A DNA stretch of 64,000 nucleotides, taken from assembly GCA_965222605.1 (NCBI GenBank), contig OZ244960.1:1024001-1088000 (forward strand), in the 5' to 3' direction. This stretch comes from Candidatus Latescibacterota bacterium. GTDB lineage: Bacteria > Latescibacterota > UBA2968. The position numbers were made by a program, and so were the translations under genes. This document shows, one piece after another, positions 1 to 9,629 of this stretch. Each line of letters opens with the position of its first letter. The first letter of the stretch is position 1. The notes below the pieces were generated by a model, which was given only the letters and a program-made list of their open reading frames with translations, searched no databases and was not told the DNA's origin.

Positions 1-2
1 TT

Positions 3-908
3 GAAAATTGGGGAAATTTAAATGAGCAAGCGGGCGATTTGGATGTATTTTTTCAATTGGCGTGCGAAGAGGACGATGCCGAATCTCTGTCGGAAGTCGC
101 CGCCGAATTGCCCGAGGTTGGCGCAGCTTTAGACGCGCTTGAATTGCAGCACATGTTGGGCGATCGAGGAGATCGCAACGACGCGATATTGACCATTCAT
201 CCGGGTGCTGGAGGTACCGAAGCGGCAGACTGGGCGCAAATGTTGATGCGTATGTACACGCGATGGGCTGAGCGGCGCGGGTTTCACACCAGTGTTCTGG
301 ATACGCTTCCCGGCGAAACAGCCGGGATAAAGAGTGCGACAATTGAAGTGAAAGGCGATTACGCTTTTGGCTATCTCAAGTCCGAATCTGGGGTACATAG
401 ACTGGTGCGGATTTCGCCTTATGATTCCAACAATCGGCGCCATACGTCGTTTGCGTCCGTTTTTGTTTATCCCGACGCCGGAGGCGATATCGAGGTGGAG
501 ATCAATCCCAATGATTTAAAAGTGGATACCTATCGCGCTGGGGGTGCCGGCGGACAACACGTGAACAAGACCGATTCCGCGGTGCGTATTACCCACGAAC
601 CCACGGGGATTGTGGTGCAATGCCAAAACGAGCGTTCTCAGCACAAGAATCGCAATACGGCCATGAAAATTCTCAAGGCGCGATTGTATCAACACATGCG
701 GGAAGAAGAAGACAAAAAACGCGCCAAACTCGAAAGCACAAAAAAGCGCATTGAATGGGGCAGTCAAATCCGCAATTACGTTTTTCAGCCCTATCAAATG
801 GTGAAAGACGCGCGAACGGGCTTTGAGACATCGGATGTTTCGGGGGTTATAGATGGCGACCTCGACCCGTTTATCCGCGCATATTTATTGTCGTCGCGCT
901 CCGCGTGA
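3..908 (+). CDS. prfB: Peptide chain release factor 2 (5' end outside the window)
   Basis: GAGGTEAADWA, ESGVHRLVRISP, GGAGGQHVNKTDSAVR (GGQ) and RHTSFASV motifs; frame is open back to the window edge. Confidence 0.97.
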   Translation, partial: ENWGNLNEQAGDLDVFFQLACEEDDAESLSEVAAELPEVGAALDALELQHMLGDRGDRNDAILTIHPGAGGTEAADWAQMLMRMYTRWAERRGFHTSVLDTLPGETAGIKSATIEVKGDYAFGYLKSESGVHRLVRISPYDSNNRRHTSFASVFVYPDAGGDIEVEINPNDLKVDTYRAGGAGGQHVNKTDSAVRITHEPTGIVVQCQNERSQHKNRNTAMKILKARLYQHMREEEDKKRAKLESTKKRIEWGSQIRNYVFQPYQMVKDARTGFETSDVSGVIDGDLDPFIRAYLLSSRSA

Positions 909-946
909 ACTGAGTTTTAAGCGGTGCTTGCAGGCGGGCAACGCGC

Positions 947-975
947 TTGACTTGAATATATATATTGGTTATAGT
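947..975 (+). promoter_or_regulatory. sigma70-type promoter for lysS
   Basis: TTGACT-N17-TATAGT; GGAGG SD precedes TTG at 1036. Confidence 0.65.
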
Positions 976-1035
976 TTAACAACCTTCACAACGTTTAATC
1001 TTATAGGTATTTAAAGGGGTTGGGAGGCTCCAATT

Positions 1036-2568
1036 TTGACTCGGGTTGTGGGACAAACGCCAGAATCTCAATTGATCGAACAGCGCCTGCAAAAACTCGA
1101 CGCCATTCGGGATTTGGGCATTGAGCCTTATCCGTATCGCTTTGAGCCCACGCACTATTCTGTGGATATTGTCGCGTCTTTTGATGCGCTGAACGCATCG
1201 GGCGACGAGGTGCGGGTTGCCGGTCGATTGATTGTTACACGCGGTCATGGCAAAGCGGCCTTTGCCGATTTGCGGGATGCCAAGGGCCGCCTTCAAATTT
1301 ATGTGCGGCTCGACAATGTTGGCGAGGATGCTTTCGCACTGTGGAAATTGCTGGATATTGGCGATTTTATCGGCGTATCTGGTCAAGTTTTCAAGACGCG
1401 CACCGGTCAAATATCCATTCAGGTTCAAACGCTCGTATTGTTGACCAAAGCCATTCGTCCGCTGCCCGTTCCAAAAGAAGAAATACGCGATGGCGAGCGC
1501 GTTGTACACGATCAATTTAGCGACAAAGAACTGAGATATCGCCGTCGTTATCTGGACCTGGCACTCAATCCCGATGTGCAGGCGGTATTTCGCAAGCGCA
1601 GCGCAGTCGTATCTGCGATGCGAGATTTTTTAGATACACGCGGTTTTTTAGAAGTCGAAACACCAGTGTTGCAGCCGCTCTACGGCGGGGCTTCGGCCCG
1701 TCCTTTTGTGACGCATCACAACGTGCTGGACATGCCGCTATATCTGCGGATATCCGATGAATTGTATCTCAAGCGTTTGATCGTGGGCGGGCTTGAAAGG
1801 GTGTATGAAATCGGCAAAAATTTTCGCAATGAGGGCATCGACCGAACTCATAACCCCGAGTTTTCGATGCTCGAATTGTATCAGGCTTACGCCGATTATT
1901 CAGATATGATGGCAATAGCCGAGGCACTCTACGCCTTTGTGGCCGAAAAGGTGAATGGCTCGACAATGCTCGAATACCAGGGGCGAGAAATTGATCTTTC
2001 ACCTCCCTGGCCGCGCATTCCCATGCTCGACGCCATCGAAAGATACGGCGGTATTGATGTGGCGCGGTCCTCAGATGCCGACCTGCGTGCTGCGTGCAAG
2101 CGTTTTGATTCTGATATTGAACCGGGTGCAGAGCGCGGGTTGTTGATCAATGCGTTGTTTGAAGCGTGTGTCGAGCCTGAATTGATTCAGCCAACCTTTA
2201 TTACCGACTATCCCATTGCGGTGTCTCCCCTGGCCAAACGCCATCGGACCAAAAAAGACCTCACCGAGCGGTTTGAAATTTTTATCAATGGTTGGGAAGC
2301 GGGCAATGCATTTTCGGAACTGAACGATCCGATTGATCAGCGGCAGCGGTTCGCTCATCAAAAAACCTTGCGCGATCGGGGCGACGACGAGGCACAGGTT
2401 CTCGATGAAGATTTTTTGATGGCTCTGGAACACGGGATGCCGCCGACGGGTGGATTGGGCATTGGTGTTGATCGGCTGGTGATGTTGCTCGCAGACGCGC
2501 CTTCGATTCGAGACGCGATTCTGTTTCCTCACATGCGCCCTAAAGAGGGCCTTGACGACCATGGATGA
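1036..2568 (+). CDS. lysS: Lysine--tRNA ligase (class II)
   Basis: RYRRRYLDL, FLEVETPVL, GGASARPF, FRNEGID, GMPPTGGLGIGVDRL; carries the PVPKEE..HDQFSD insert typical of FCB-group LysS. Confidence 0.98.
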   Translation: MTRVVGQTPESQLIEQRLQKLDAIRDLGIEPYPYRFEPTHYSVDIVASFDALNASGDEVRVAGRLIVTRGHGKAAFADLRDAKGRLQIYVRLDNVGEDAFALWKLLDIGDFIGVSGQVFKTRTGQISIQVQTLVLLTKAIRPLPVPKEEIRDGERVVHDQFSDKELRYRRRYLDLALNPDVQAVFRKRSAVVSAMRDFLDTRGFLEVETPVLQPLYGGASARPFVTHHNVLDMPLYLRISDELYLKRLIVGGLERVYEIGKNFRNEGIDRTHNPEFSMLELYQAYADYSDMMAIAEALYAFVAEKVNGSTMLEYQGREIDLSPPWPRIPMLDAIERYGGIDVARSSDADLRAACKRFDSDIEPGAERGLLINALFEACVEPELIQPTFITDYPIAVSPLAKRHRTKKDLTERFEIFINGWEAGNAFSELNDPIDQRQRFAHQKTLRDRGDDEAQVLDEDFLMALEHGMPPTGGLGIGVDRLVMLLADAPSIRDAILFPHMRPKEGLDDHG

Positions 2569-3235
2569 GTTGCTTCGCGCAACAGGTGTTTGCAAGCACT
2601 ATGTCTTGGGGGACACCTATATTGAGGTGCTCAAAGGGGTTGACTTCGGGGTTGTTCGCGGCGAAATTGTGGCAGTGGTTGGTGCTTCGGGTGTTGGAAA
2701 GAGTACTTTGTTGCACATTATGGGCGGGTTAGACCATCCGGCTTCGGGGACGGTTGTCATCGATGGCGTCGATATATTTGCCCTTTCAGATACTGATCGC
2801 GCCAAATTTCGCAACCGCCAGATTGGGTTTGTTTTTCAGTTTCACCACTTATTGCGCGATTTTACCGCGCTTGAAAACGTGATGATGCCCCTGATGATTG
2901 CCGGCATTTCGTCCGATGAAGCGCGGGTACCCGCACAAAAACTGCTCCGTGATGTCGGTCTGGAAAAGCGGCTTGCACATTTGCCTTCCGAACTTTCTGG
3001 CGGGGAAGCACAGCGCGTTGCTGTTGCGCGGGCATTGGTGACAAAACCCGCTGTTATTCTGGCTGACGAGCCTTCTGGTAATCTCGATGTAGCGCGCAGT
3101 GCAGAGCTTCACGCATTAATATGGGAGCTTGCCAGAACCCGGCAGCAAACGTGTATTATTGTAACACACGACCAGCATCTGGCCGCTCGCGCTGATCGGG
3201 TGGTCGAAATGGAAGACGGTCGTCTCGTTGCTTGA
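2561..3235 (+). CDS. lolD: Lipoprotein-releasing ABC transporter ATPase LolD-like
   Basis: GASGVGKS Walker [29 protein letters not shown]; start overlaps the lysS stop. Confidence 0.85.
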   Translation: MDELLRATGVCKHYVLGDTYIEVLKGVDFGVVRGEIVAVVGASGVGKSTLLHIMGGLDHPASGTVVIDGVDIFALSDTDRAKFRNRQIGFVFQFHHLLRDFTALENVMMPLMIAGISSDEARVPAQKLLRDVGLEKRLAHLPSELSGGEAQRVAVARALVTKPAVILADEPSGNLDVARSAELHALIWELARTRQQTCIIVTHDQHLAARADRVVEMEDGRLVA

Positions 3236-3355
3236 ATAACAAAGCGTGTGGGACCAAAAGAAACAGTGTTGAGTTTTCCTTTATAAACTGTTATAATGGG
3301 AATCAAAATCACGCTTCGCCAGATTTCTCAAGCGGTCAGGCGAGAGGAGTATTCG

Positions 3356-5947
3356 ATGAACAGTATGTTTTCAGACCAGGTAAAGCAGGTCATGCAACTC
3401 GCTCGCGAAGAAGCAGCGCGCCTGGGACACAATTACATAGGAACCGAACATTTGCTGCTGGGCATCATACGCGGGGGCAAAAGTACGGCCGTTCAGGTAC
3501 TGACAAATCTGAACTTAAATCTCGAAAGTATCAAGCAATCCATCGACGATTTTGTCGCTTCTTCCGGCAGTTCAATGACGATGGGCGAAGTGCCTTTTAC
3601 GCCCCGCGCAAAGCAAATTCTCGAAATTGCAGCCAATGAAGCCAAAGAAATGAAGAGCCGAGTCGTGAGAACCAGCCATCTGCTGTTGGCTCTGTTGAAA
3701 GATAAAGACGGAGTTGCCGCACAGATTTTGGTCACATTCGGCGTAGATCACAGAACCGCCAAGGAGGAGGTGATTGCCGTTTTGCAAGGAAAATCTTCGT
3801 CGGGTAGGCGCGAAAAAAGAAAAAGCAAAACGCCTTTCCTCGATCATTTCGGACGCGATTTAACCGATCTGGCGCGGCAGGGCAAATTGGATCCGACCAT
3901 TGGTCGTGATCGCGAAATCGAACGGGTGTCACAGGTGCTGGCCAGACGCAAAAAAAACAACCCGGTGCTGGTGGGCGAACCCGGCGTGGGTAAAACGCAG
4001 ATCATTGAAGGATTGGCGCAGCGCATTGTGGGACGGCGGGTCCCACAAATTTTGCTGGATAAGCGCGTGGTCACGCTCGATATGGGCGGCATTGTCGCCG
4101 GCACAAAATACCGCGGGCAGTTTGAAGAGCGTCTGAAAGCCGTGATGAATGAACTTCAGCAAAGCCAGAATGTGATTATTTTTATCGATGAGTTGCACAC
4201 CATTGTCGGCGCCGGCAGTGCCGAGGGTACGCTGGATGCGTCCAATATGTTTAAACCCTCTCTCTCCCGCGGCGAATTGCAGTGCATTGGTGCAACGACC
4301 TTAGACGAATATCGAAAATATATTGAAAAGGATGGCGCACTCGAGCGGCGTTTCCAGACGATTGTGGTCGATGCCCCTTCAGTGGATGAGACCATTGAAA
4401 TTCTCAAGGGCCTGAAAGACAGTTATGAGACACATCACAAAGTGTCTTTCTTACCCGAAGCTGTCGAAGCAGCTGCGAGAATGGCCGACCGCTATATCAG
4501 CGATCGGCACTTGCCCGACAAGGCCATCGATGTGATCGATGAAACGGGAGCGCGGGTGCGATTGTCCCGCCTCAATCCCCCCGAAGAGATCAAAGAAATC
4601 GAGATGGCTATTGGCGAGATTACGCACAAAAAAGATAAAGCTGCAGAAAATCAGCAATTTGAAGAGGCGGCCAGCCTGCGCGACCGCGAGCGGGAACTCA
4701 AAAGCGAACTCGAAAATATGCGTCAGGCGTGGGAAGTGCAGGTGACAGATGATGTGGTTGAAGTGACAGAAGAACATATTGCCGAAGTGATTTCGAGCAT
4801 GACGGGCATTCCCGTGTTTCGTCTGGCACAGGCCGAGTCCGAAAGACTGATCAACATGGCGTCCGAGTTGCAAAAGCGGGTGATCGGTCAAGAGGAAGCG
4901 GTTTCTACGGTATGTCGCTCCATTCGGCGCACGCGCGCGGGCCTCAAAGATCCCAATCGCCCAATCGGCACGTTTTTGTTCCTCGGCCCCACAGGTATTG
5001 GCAAAACGTATTTGGCGCAAGCACTGGCGCAGTATCTGTTTGACGATGAAGATGCACTCGTAACCGTAGATATGTCGGAATATATGGAAAAATTTGCAGT
5101 ATCTCGGCTCGTTGGTGCACCACCTGGTTATGTGGGATACGATGAGGGCGGACAGCTAACAGAGAAAGTGCGCCGGCGTCCCTATTCGGTGGTTTTGCTC
5201 GATGAAATTGAAAAAGCCCATCCCGATGTGTTTAATATTCTCTTGCAGGTGTTGGATGAAGGGCGTTTGACAGATAGTTTTGGGCGCAAGGTAAATTTCA
5301 AAAATACCATTCTGATTATGACATCCAATCTGGGAACCAGAGATCTTCAACAGGCAGGGGGTTTGGGATTTGGCCGGTCAGACAAAAAATCGATCCGGGA
5401 AAAAATGGAAGAGCGCATCAACGAAGAAGTCAAAAAGACATTTAATCCCGAGTTTATCAACCGCCTGGATGAAACGGTGATTTTCAATCCGCTGGACCGA
5501 AAGGAAATTATTCAGATCGTCGATATCGAGCTTGGAAAAATTCTCGCTCGCGTTGCAGAACGCGATATCGAAGTACACCTCACACAGGGAGCCAAGAGTT
5601 TGATCGCCGAGAAAGGCTATGATCCGACGTATGGCGCGCGGCATCTGCGACGCGCCATTCAAAAGATGATTGAAGATCCCATGGCCGAAGAGATCATTCT
5701 GGGCCATTTTGTGGATGGCTGTAAGGTTCGGGTGAGCAAAAAAGGCGATACACTCAACTTTGAGGGAGATTCTATCGCGAAAGAAGAATCGAAAGACACG
5801 GCCGAGGTTCAGATGAGCAAAAAAGACAATACGCTCAACTTCGCCGATGAAAGCGAGGCGGATGATCTTGATAAAAAAGTTGAAGACCAGGACAAATCGG
5901 GAGATCCCGTCGGTGAAGAAGAAGTGGTAAATAGGGACAAAGCATGA
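3356..5947 (+). CDS. clpC: ATP-dependent Clp protease ATPase ClpC
   Basis: Clp N domain, two AAA+ modules ([16 protein letters not shown]), UVR coiled coil, LGFG ClpP-docking loop; SD GAGGAG. Confidence 0.96.
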   Translation: MNSMFSDQVKQVMQLAREEAARLGHNYIGTEHLLLGIIRGGKSTAVQVLTNLNLNLESIKQSIDDFVASSGSSMTMGEVPFTPRAKQILEIAANEAKEMKSRVVRTSHLLLALLKDKDGVAAQILVTFGVDHRTAKEEVIAVLQGKSSSGRREKRKSKTPFLDHFGRDLTDLARQGKLDPTIGRDREIERVSQVLARRKKNNPVLVGEPGVGKTQIIEGLAQRIVGRRVPQILLDKRVVTLDMGGIVAGTKYRGQFEERLKAVMNELQQSQNVIIFIDELHTIVGAGSAEGTLDASNMFKPSLSRGELQCIGATTLDEYRKYIEKDGALERRFQTIVVDAPSVDETIEILKGLKDSYETHHKVSFLPEAVEAAARMADRYISDRHLPDKAIDVIDETGARVRLSRLNPPEEIKEIEMAIGEITHKKDKAAENQQFEEAASLRDRERELKSELENMRQAWEVQVTDDVVEVTEEHIAEVISSMTGIPVFRLAQAESERLINMASELQKRVIGQEEAVSTVCRSIRRTRAGLKDPNRPIGTFLFLGPTGIGKTYLAQALAQYLFDDEDALVTVDMSEYMEKFAVSRLVGAPPGYVGYDEGGQLTEKVRRRPYSVVLLDEIEKAHPDVFNILLQVLDEGRLTDSFGRKVNFKNTILIMTSNLGTRDLQQAGGLGFGRSDKKSIREKMEERINEEVKKTFNPEFINRLDETVIFNPLDRKEIIQIVDIELGKILARVAERDIEVHLTQGAKSLIAEKGYDPTYGARHLRRAIQKMIEDPMAEEIILGHFVDGCKVRVSKKGDTLNFEGDSIAKEESKDTAEVQMSKKDNTLNFADESEADDLDKKVEDQDKSGDPVGEEEVVNRDKA

Positions 5948-5970
5948 TCGTGACGGTGCGGTCAATACCC

Positions 5971-6000
5971 AAACGGCCCGGGCAGCAGTCCGGGCTGTTT
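5971..6000 (+). terminator. Probable intrinsic terminator after clpC
   Basis: aaacggcccgg...ccgggctgttt hairpin. Confidence 0.5.
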
Positions 6001-6088
6001 GTCGTACAGTCGGAACATTTTTCTTTGTTGGGCGTTTGAGGCTTACAAATCCAAAAAGGTTCTGTTTCTTAGATAGGTACTTCGCAAC

Positions 6089-8383
6089 GTGAAAAAATTT
6101 TGTACGTACAGTTTTTTGATCCTCATTGTACTATTGGGCGGGCGCACGGGCGCACAAGAAGGCCCGGTGATTCAGGAGATCCGCATTCGAGGCAATGATT
6201 GGGTTGAGACTTCTTTTATCGAATCCCAAAGCGGTTTATTCAAAGGGCAGAATCTGGTAGAAGGCGAAGCCGCGCGGGTGATTCGCAATCTTTACAAAAG
6301 CGGTCTGTTTTCCGACATCAAAATTTCTGTAGATAAAGTGCCAGGTGGTGTGGCCGTTATTATTGATTTGAAAGCCGTACCGCGTTTGGGTGAGGTGGTT
6401 TTGACGGGCAATCGCGCAATAAAGGATAAGACCCTAAAGCGCGAAGCAAAATTGATTGAAGGCCAGTTGATACGGCAGCGAGAAAAAAAGAGAGCGGTCA
6501 ACAAGTTGGTCGCTCTCTATCGCAAAAAAGGCTATTTGCTCGCCTCAGTGGATGTGAAAGAAGAGGCAGTTGATGAAGATGGGCGATTGCCACTGACCTT
6601 TGAAATTCACGAAGGCGAAAAGGTCAATCTAAAAAAGATCCGTTTTCACGGCAATGCGGCATTGGCCGAAAAGCAACTGCGCAAGCAGATGAAAGAGACC
6701 AAACAAGACAACTGGTGGTTTGGGGGAGGCAAATATAGCAAGGAAACTTATCCCGACGATAAAGAATTGGTTTTGGCCTTTTACCGGCAAAACGGATATC
6801 GGGAAGCGGCAATTGTATCTGATAGTTTGTCCTATGGTCCTATCAAAAAAAATATGTATCTCGATATCACTATCGAAGAAGGGCCGCTTTATCGCTTTGG
6901 CGCAGTGAGCTGGTCGGGCAATGAGAAAATCACAGATGCTGGTTTTTCTCACTTTATTGTAGTCGATTCGGGCGCGGTTTACAACGAGGAGCGCGTCTTA
7001 AAATCGCGAGAGCAATTGCAAAATGCCTATATGGACATCGGGCATATTGGCTCGCAGGTTTTTCCGCAACAAAAACCCATTGAAGGCCACGTCGTCAATG
7101 TGCATTTTGACGTGGTCGAAAAAGATCCGTGGACAATTCGCAAAATTCTGATTACGGGCAATACCAAAACCAAAGACCGCGTGATTCGACGCGAGTTGCG
7201 CGTGCGGCCAGGCGATACGTTTAGCCGCGCACTTTTGGAGCGCAGTGTGCGCGAGGTCATGCAACTCAACTTTTTCACCAATGTGTTGCCCGAGCCTATC
7301 GCGGTAGAAGAAACATCAGAGATTGACCTCGAGTTCACCATAGAAGAAAAATCAACGGGCACGGCGTCTATCGGGGCGGGGTATAGCGAGCGCGACAAGC
7401 TAATTGGCACCATTGGGTTGCAAATTCCCAATTTTAGAGGCAATGGACAACAACTCGATTTCCAGTGGGAGTTTGGATCGCGCCGCGAAACCTTTAGTAT
7501 TGGGTTTACCGAACCGTGGTTCCGCAACACCCCCACGAGTATATCCTCATCGCTGTTCCGAAGCACCATACGACTGGCAACTTATGGCGTGGCTGACTTC
7601 GATCAACGCACAGAGGGCGGTGCGTTTCGCCTCGGTCGCAGGCTGCGCTGGCCCGATTATTCGCGCATTTCTGGAGGGTATCGCCTTGAAAAGGTTGCTT
7701 TTATCAATTTTTCCGATAGTACAGATGTAAGCAATCCCTTTTACGAAGACAATGTGACCAGTAGCATCAGTGCAAACTTGACCCGAGACAGCCGGGATTT
7801 GCCGATTTTTCCCACATCGGGTAGCGTGACCTCCTATTCGCCTGCACTGGCCGGTGGATTTTTGGGCGGTAATAGAGATTTTCTCAAGCACGATATTGTC
7901 ACGAGTTTTTACTTTCCCATATTCTGGCGATTGGCCTTAAATGTGCGGTCGCAATTGGGCTTTGTCGCCAGTTATGGCACCGAGCGTGTCCCGTACCAGG
8001 AGTTGTACACACCGGGCGGCGTTGACATTTTTGAAGGCACCATGTTGCGCGGTTATCCCGACCGTTCAATTGGCCCTCGTGATATTAGGGGTGAGCCAAT
8101 TGGGGGTGTTGCGCAGTTGTTGTTTAACGCAGAGATCAGCATTCCCATTGTACCCAATCAGTTTTATGGTCTCATTTTTGCCGATGCGGGTAATGCCTGG
8201 GAAAATCTGGACCGGATCAGCCTGACGGATATGCGTCGATCGGCCGGTTTTGGCATTCGGATTGTGGCGCCTGTGGTGGGTATTATGGGATTTGATTTTG
8301 CATGGGGATTTGACCGTCGGCGTGTCGATGGTCAATCTGTACAGATGATGACACATTTCCAATTCGGTCCGCAATTTTATTAG
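6089..8383 (+). CDS. bamA: Outer membrane protein assembly factor BamA
   Basis: Signal peptide, five POTRA-like repeats (..I.I.GN..), KTKDRVIRREL, LRGY motif, aromatic C-terminal beta strand. Confidence 0.96.
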   Translation: MKKFCTYSFLILIVLLGGRTGAQEGPVIQEIRIRGNDWVETSFIESQSGLFKGQNLVEGEAARVIRNLYKSGLFSDIKISVDKVPGGVAVIIDLKAVPRLGEVVLTGNRAIKDKTLKREAKLIEGQLIRQREKKRAVNKLVALYRKKGYLLASVDVKEEAVDEDGRLPLTFEIHEGEKVNLKKIRFHGNAALAEKQLRKQMKETKQDNWWFGGGKYSKETYPDDKELVLAFYRQNGYREAAIVSDSLSYGPIKKNMYLDITIEEGPLYRFGAVSWSGNEKITDAGFSHFIVVDSGAVYNEERVLKSREQLQNAYMDIGHIGSQVFPQQKPIEGHVVNVHFDVVEKDPWTIRKILITGNTKTKDRVIRRELRVRPGDTFSRALLERSVREVMQLNFFTNVLPEPIAVEETSEIDLEFTIEEKSTGTASIGAGYSERDKLIGTIGLQIPNFRGNGQQLDFQWEFGSRRETFSIGFTEPWFRNTPTSISSSLFRSTIRLATYGVADFDQRTEGGAFRLGRRLRWPDYSRISGGYRLEKVAFINFSDSTDVSNPFYEDNVTSSISANLTRDSRDLPIFPTSGSVTSYSPALAGGFLGGNRDFLKHDIVTSFYFPIFWRLALNVRSQLGFVASYGTERVPYQELYTPGGVDIFEGTMLRGYPDRSIGPRDIRGEPIGGVAQLLFNAEISIPIVPNQFYGLIFADAGNAWENLDRISLTDMRRSAGFGIRIVAPVVGIMGFDFAWGFDRRRVDGQSVQMMTHFQFGPQFY

Positions 8384-8394
8384 AGGTCAGGTGC

Positions 8395-8451
8395 AGCTAT
8401 CAGCCGTCGGGTTCCTCCCATCCCCCTGGATGGGAAGGAGGGCTGATAGCT
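8395..8451. repeat. Nested inverted repeat (REP-like hairpin) between bamA and skp
   Basis: agctatcagcc/ggctgatagct outer stem and tcccatcc/ggatggga inner stem. Confidence 0.6.
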
Positions 8452-8473
8452 TTATTCACGGAGGGAATTTTTG

Positions 8474-9022
8474 ATGACACGCTGTCGCTTACTTTATGTC
8501 GCGCTATCTCTGGCACTAACTGGCATAGCCAGTACTGCTGGCGCGCAGCTAAAGCTGGGGTATATTGATTCGCAAAAAATTTTGGATCAGTACAAGCCCT
8601 ATCAAGATGCTTTGAGAGAATTTAACCGTTACGAAGACGAAATCCAGCGCGAGATGAGCACCATGCAAAACGATCTGGCCAAAATGCAGGATACCTACGA
8701 ACGCCAATCTCTGCTTTTGAGTGACAAACGCAAGCAAGAAGAGCAGCAGGCCATTCTGAAAAAACAGCAGGAACTACAGCGGTTTGTGCAAGACGCCACC
8801 TCTCCACAAGGCCGTCTCGCGCGCAAAACCGCGGAATTGTCCGAACCCATTATTCAAACAGTGAATGCGATTATCAAACAAGTGGCAGAAGACGAAGGCT
8901 TTGATTTTGTGCTCAATTCGACGGCCCTGGCCTATGCGAAAGAGGCACACGATTTGACCGACAAGGTCCTTGAAGCACTTGCCAAAGACCTCGAGGCCAA
9001 AGCGAAAACCGAGGGGCCATAG
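8474..9022 (+). CDS. skp: OmpH/Skp periplasmic chaperone
   Basis: Signal peptide, KLGYIDSQKIL, coiled coil, DLTDKVL; follows bamA. Confidence 0.93.
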   Translation: MTRCRLLYVALSLALTGIASTAGAQLKLGYIDSQKILDQYKPYQDALREFNRYEDEIQREMSTMQNDLAKMQDTYERQSLLLSDKRKQEEQQAILKKQQELQRFVQDATSPQGRLARKTAELSEPIIQTVNAIIKQVAEDEGFDFVLNSTALAYAKEAHDLTDKVLEALAKDLEAKAKTEGP

Positions 9023-9049
9023 CAAATCATCTATATATGTTGTTTTTTC

Positions 9050-9090
9050 AAAGTCTCTGATTGACTCCGCGGGGTGATCGGAGACTTTTT
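9050..9090 (+). terminator. Terminator-like hairpin between skp and fabZ
   Basis: aaagtctc...gagacttttt. Confidence 0.5.
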
Positions 9091-9112
9091 AATGTGAACA
9101 TTGGAGGATGCC

Positions 9113-9550
9113 GTGACTCTGGACATTAGAGATATTGAAAAAATTCTTCCGCATCGTTATCCTTTTCTCCTCGTAGATCGCGTAACCGAGTTGGTGCCTG
9201 GCGAACGGCTGGTCGCGTACAAAAATGTGTCGGCTAATGAGCCGTTTTTCCAGGGGCATTTCCCCGGCAATCCCGTGATGCCGGGCGTGCTCATTATCGA
9301 AGCACTGGCTCAGGCCGCTGCAATTTTGATGAGTGATGGACAGGAAAGCGATTTGATCCCATTGTTCATGGGCATTGACAAGGCGCGTTTCCGAAGGCAA
9401 GTTGTACCCGGCGATCAACTTCAGCTAAAAGTCGAAGTAGGCCAAAAACGCCGCAATGTATGCAAAGGGGTTGGCGAAGCCACAGTGGATGGCGAAGTCA
9501 CCGCACAGGCAGAATTGATGGCGATGTTTGCAAAACGCGAGGATTTGTAG
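9113..9550 (+). CDS. fabZ: 3-hydroxyacyl-ACP dehydratase FabZ (stand-alone, not LpxC-fused)
   Basis: [33 protein letters not shown]; GGAGG SD before GTG. Confidence 0.96.
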   Translation: MTLDIRDIEKILPHRYPFLLVDRVTELVPGERLVAYKNVSANEPFFQGHFPGNPVMPGVLIIEALAQAAAILMSDGQESDLIPLFMGIDKARFRRQVVPGDQLQLKVEVGQKRRNVCKGVGEATVDGEVTAQAELMAMFAKREDL

Positions 9551-9569
9551 CACCAACTCGCCTGGCCAT

Positions 9570-9607
9570 AAAAAAACTCGGCACTACACTAAAGGCCGAG
9601 TTTTTTT
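9570..9607. terminator. Bidirectional terminator between convergent fabZ and ABC-F
   Basis: aaaaaaactcggc...gccgagttttttt. Confidence 0.75.
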
Positions 9608-9629
9608 ATGGCAAATATCCGCACGCCGC

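Noticed and set aside
1-40. prfB programmed +1 frameshift site
   Set aside because: It would lie upstream of the window; the frame is open to the edge.
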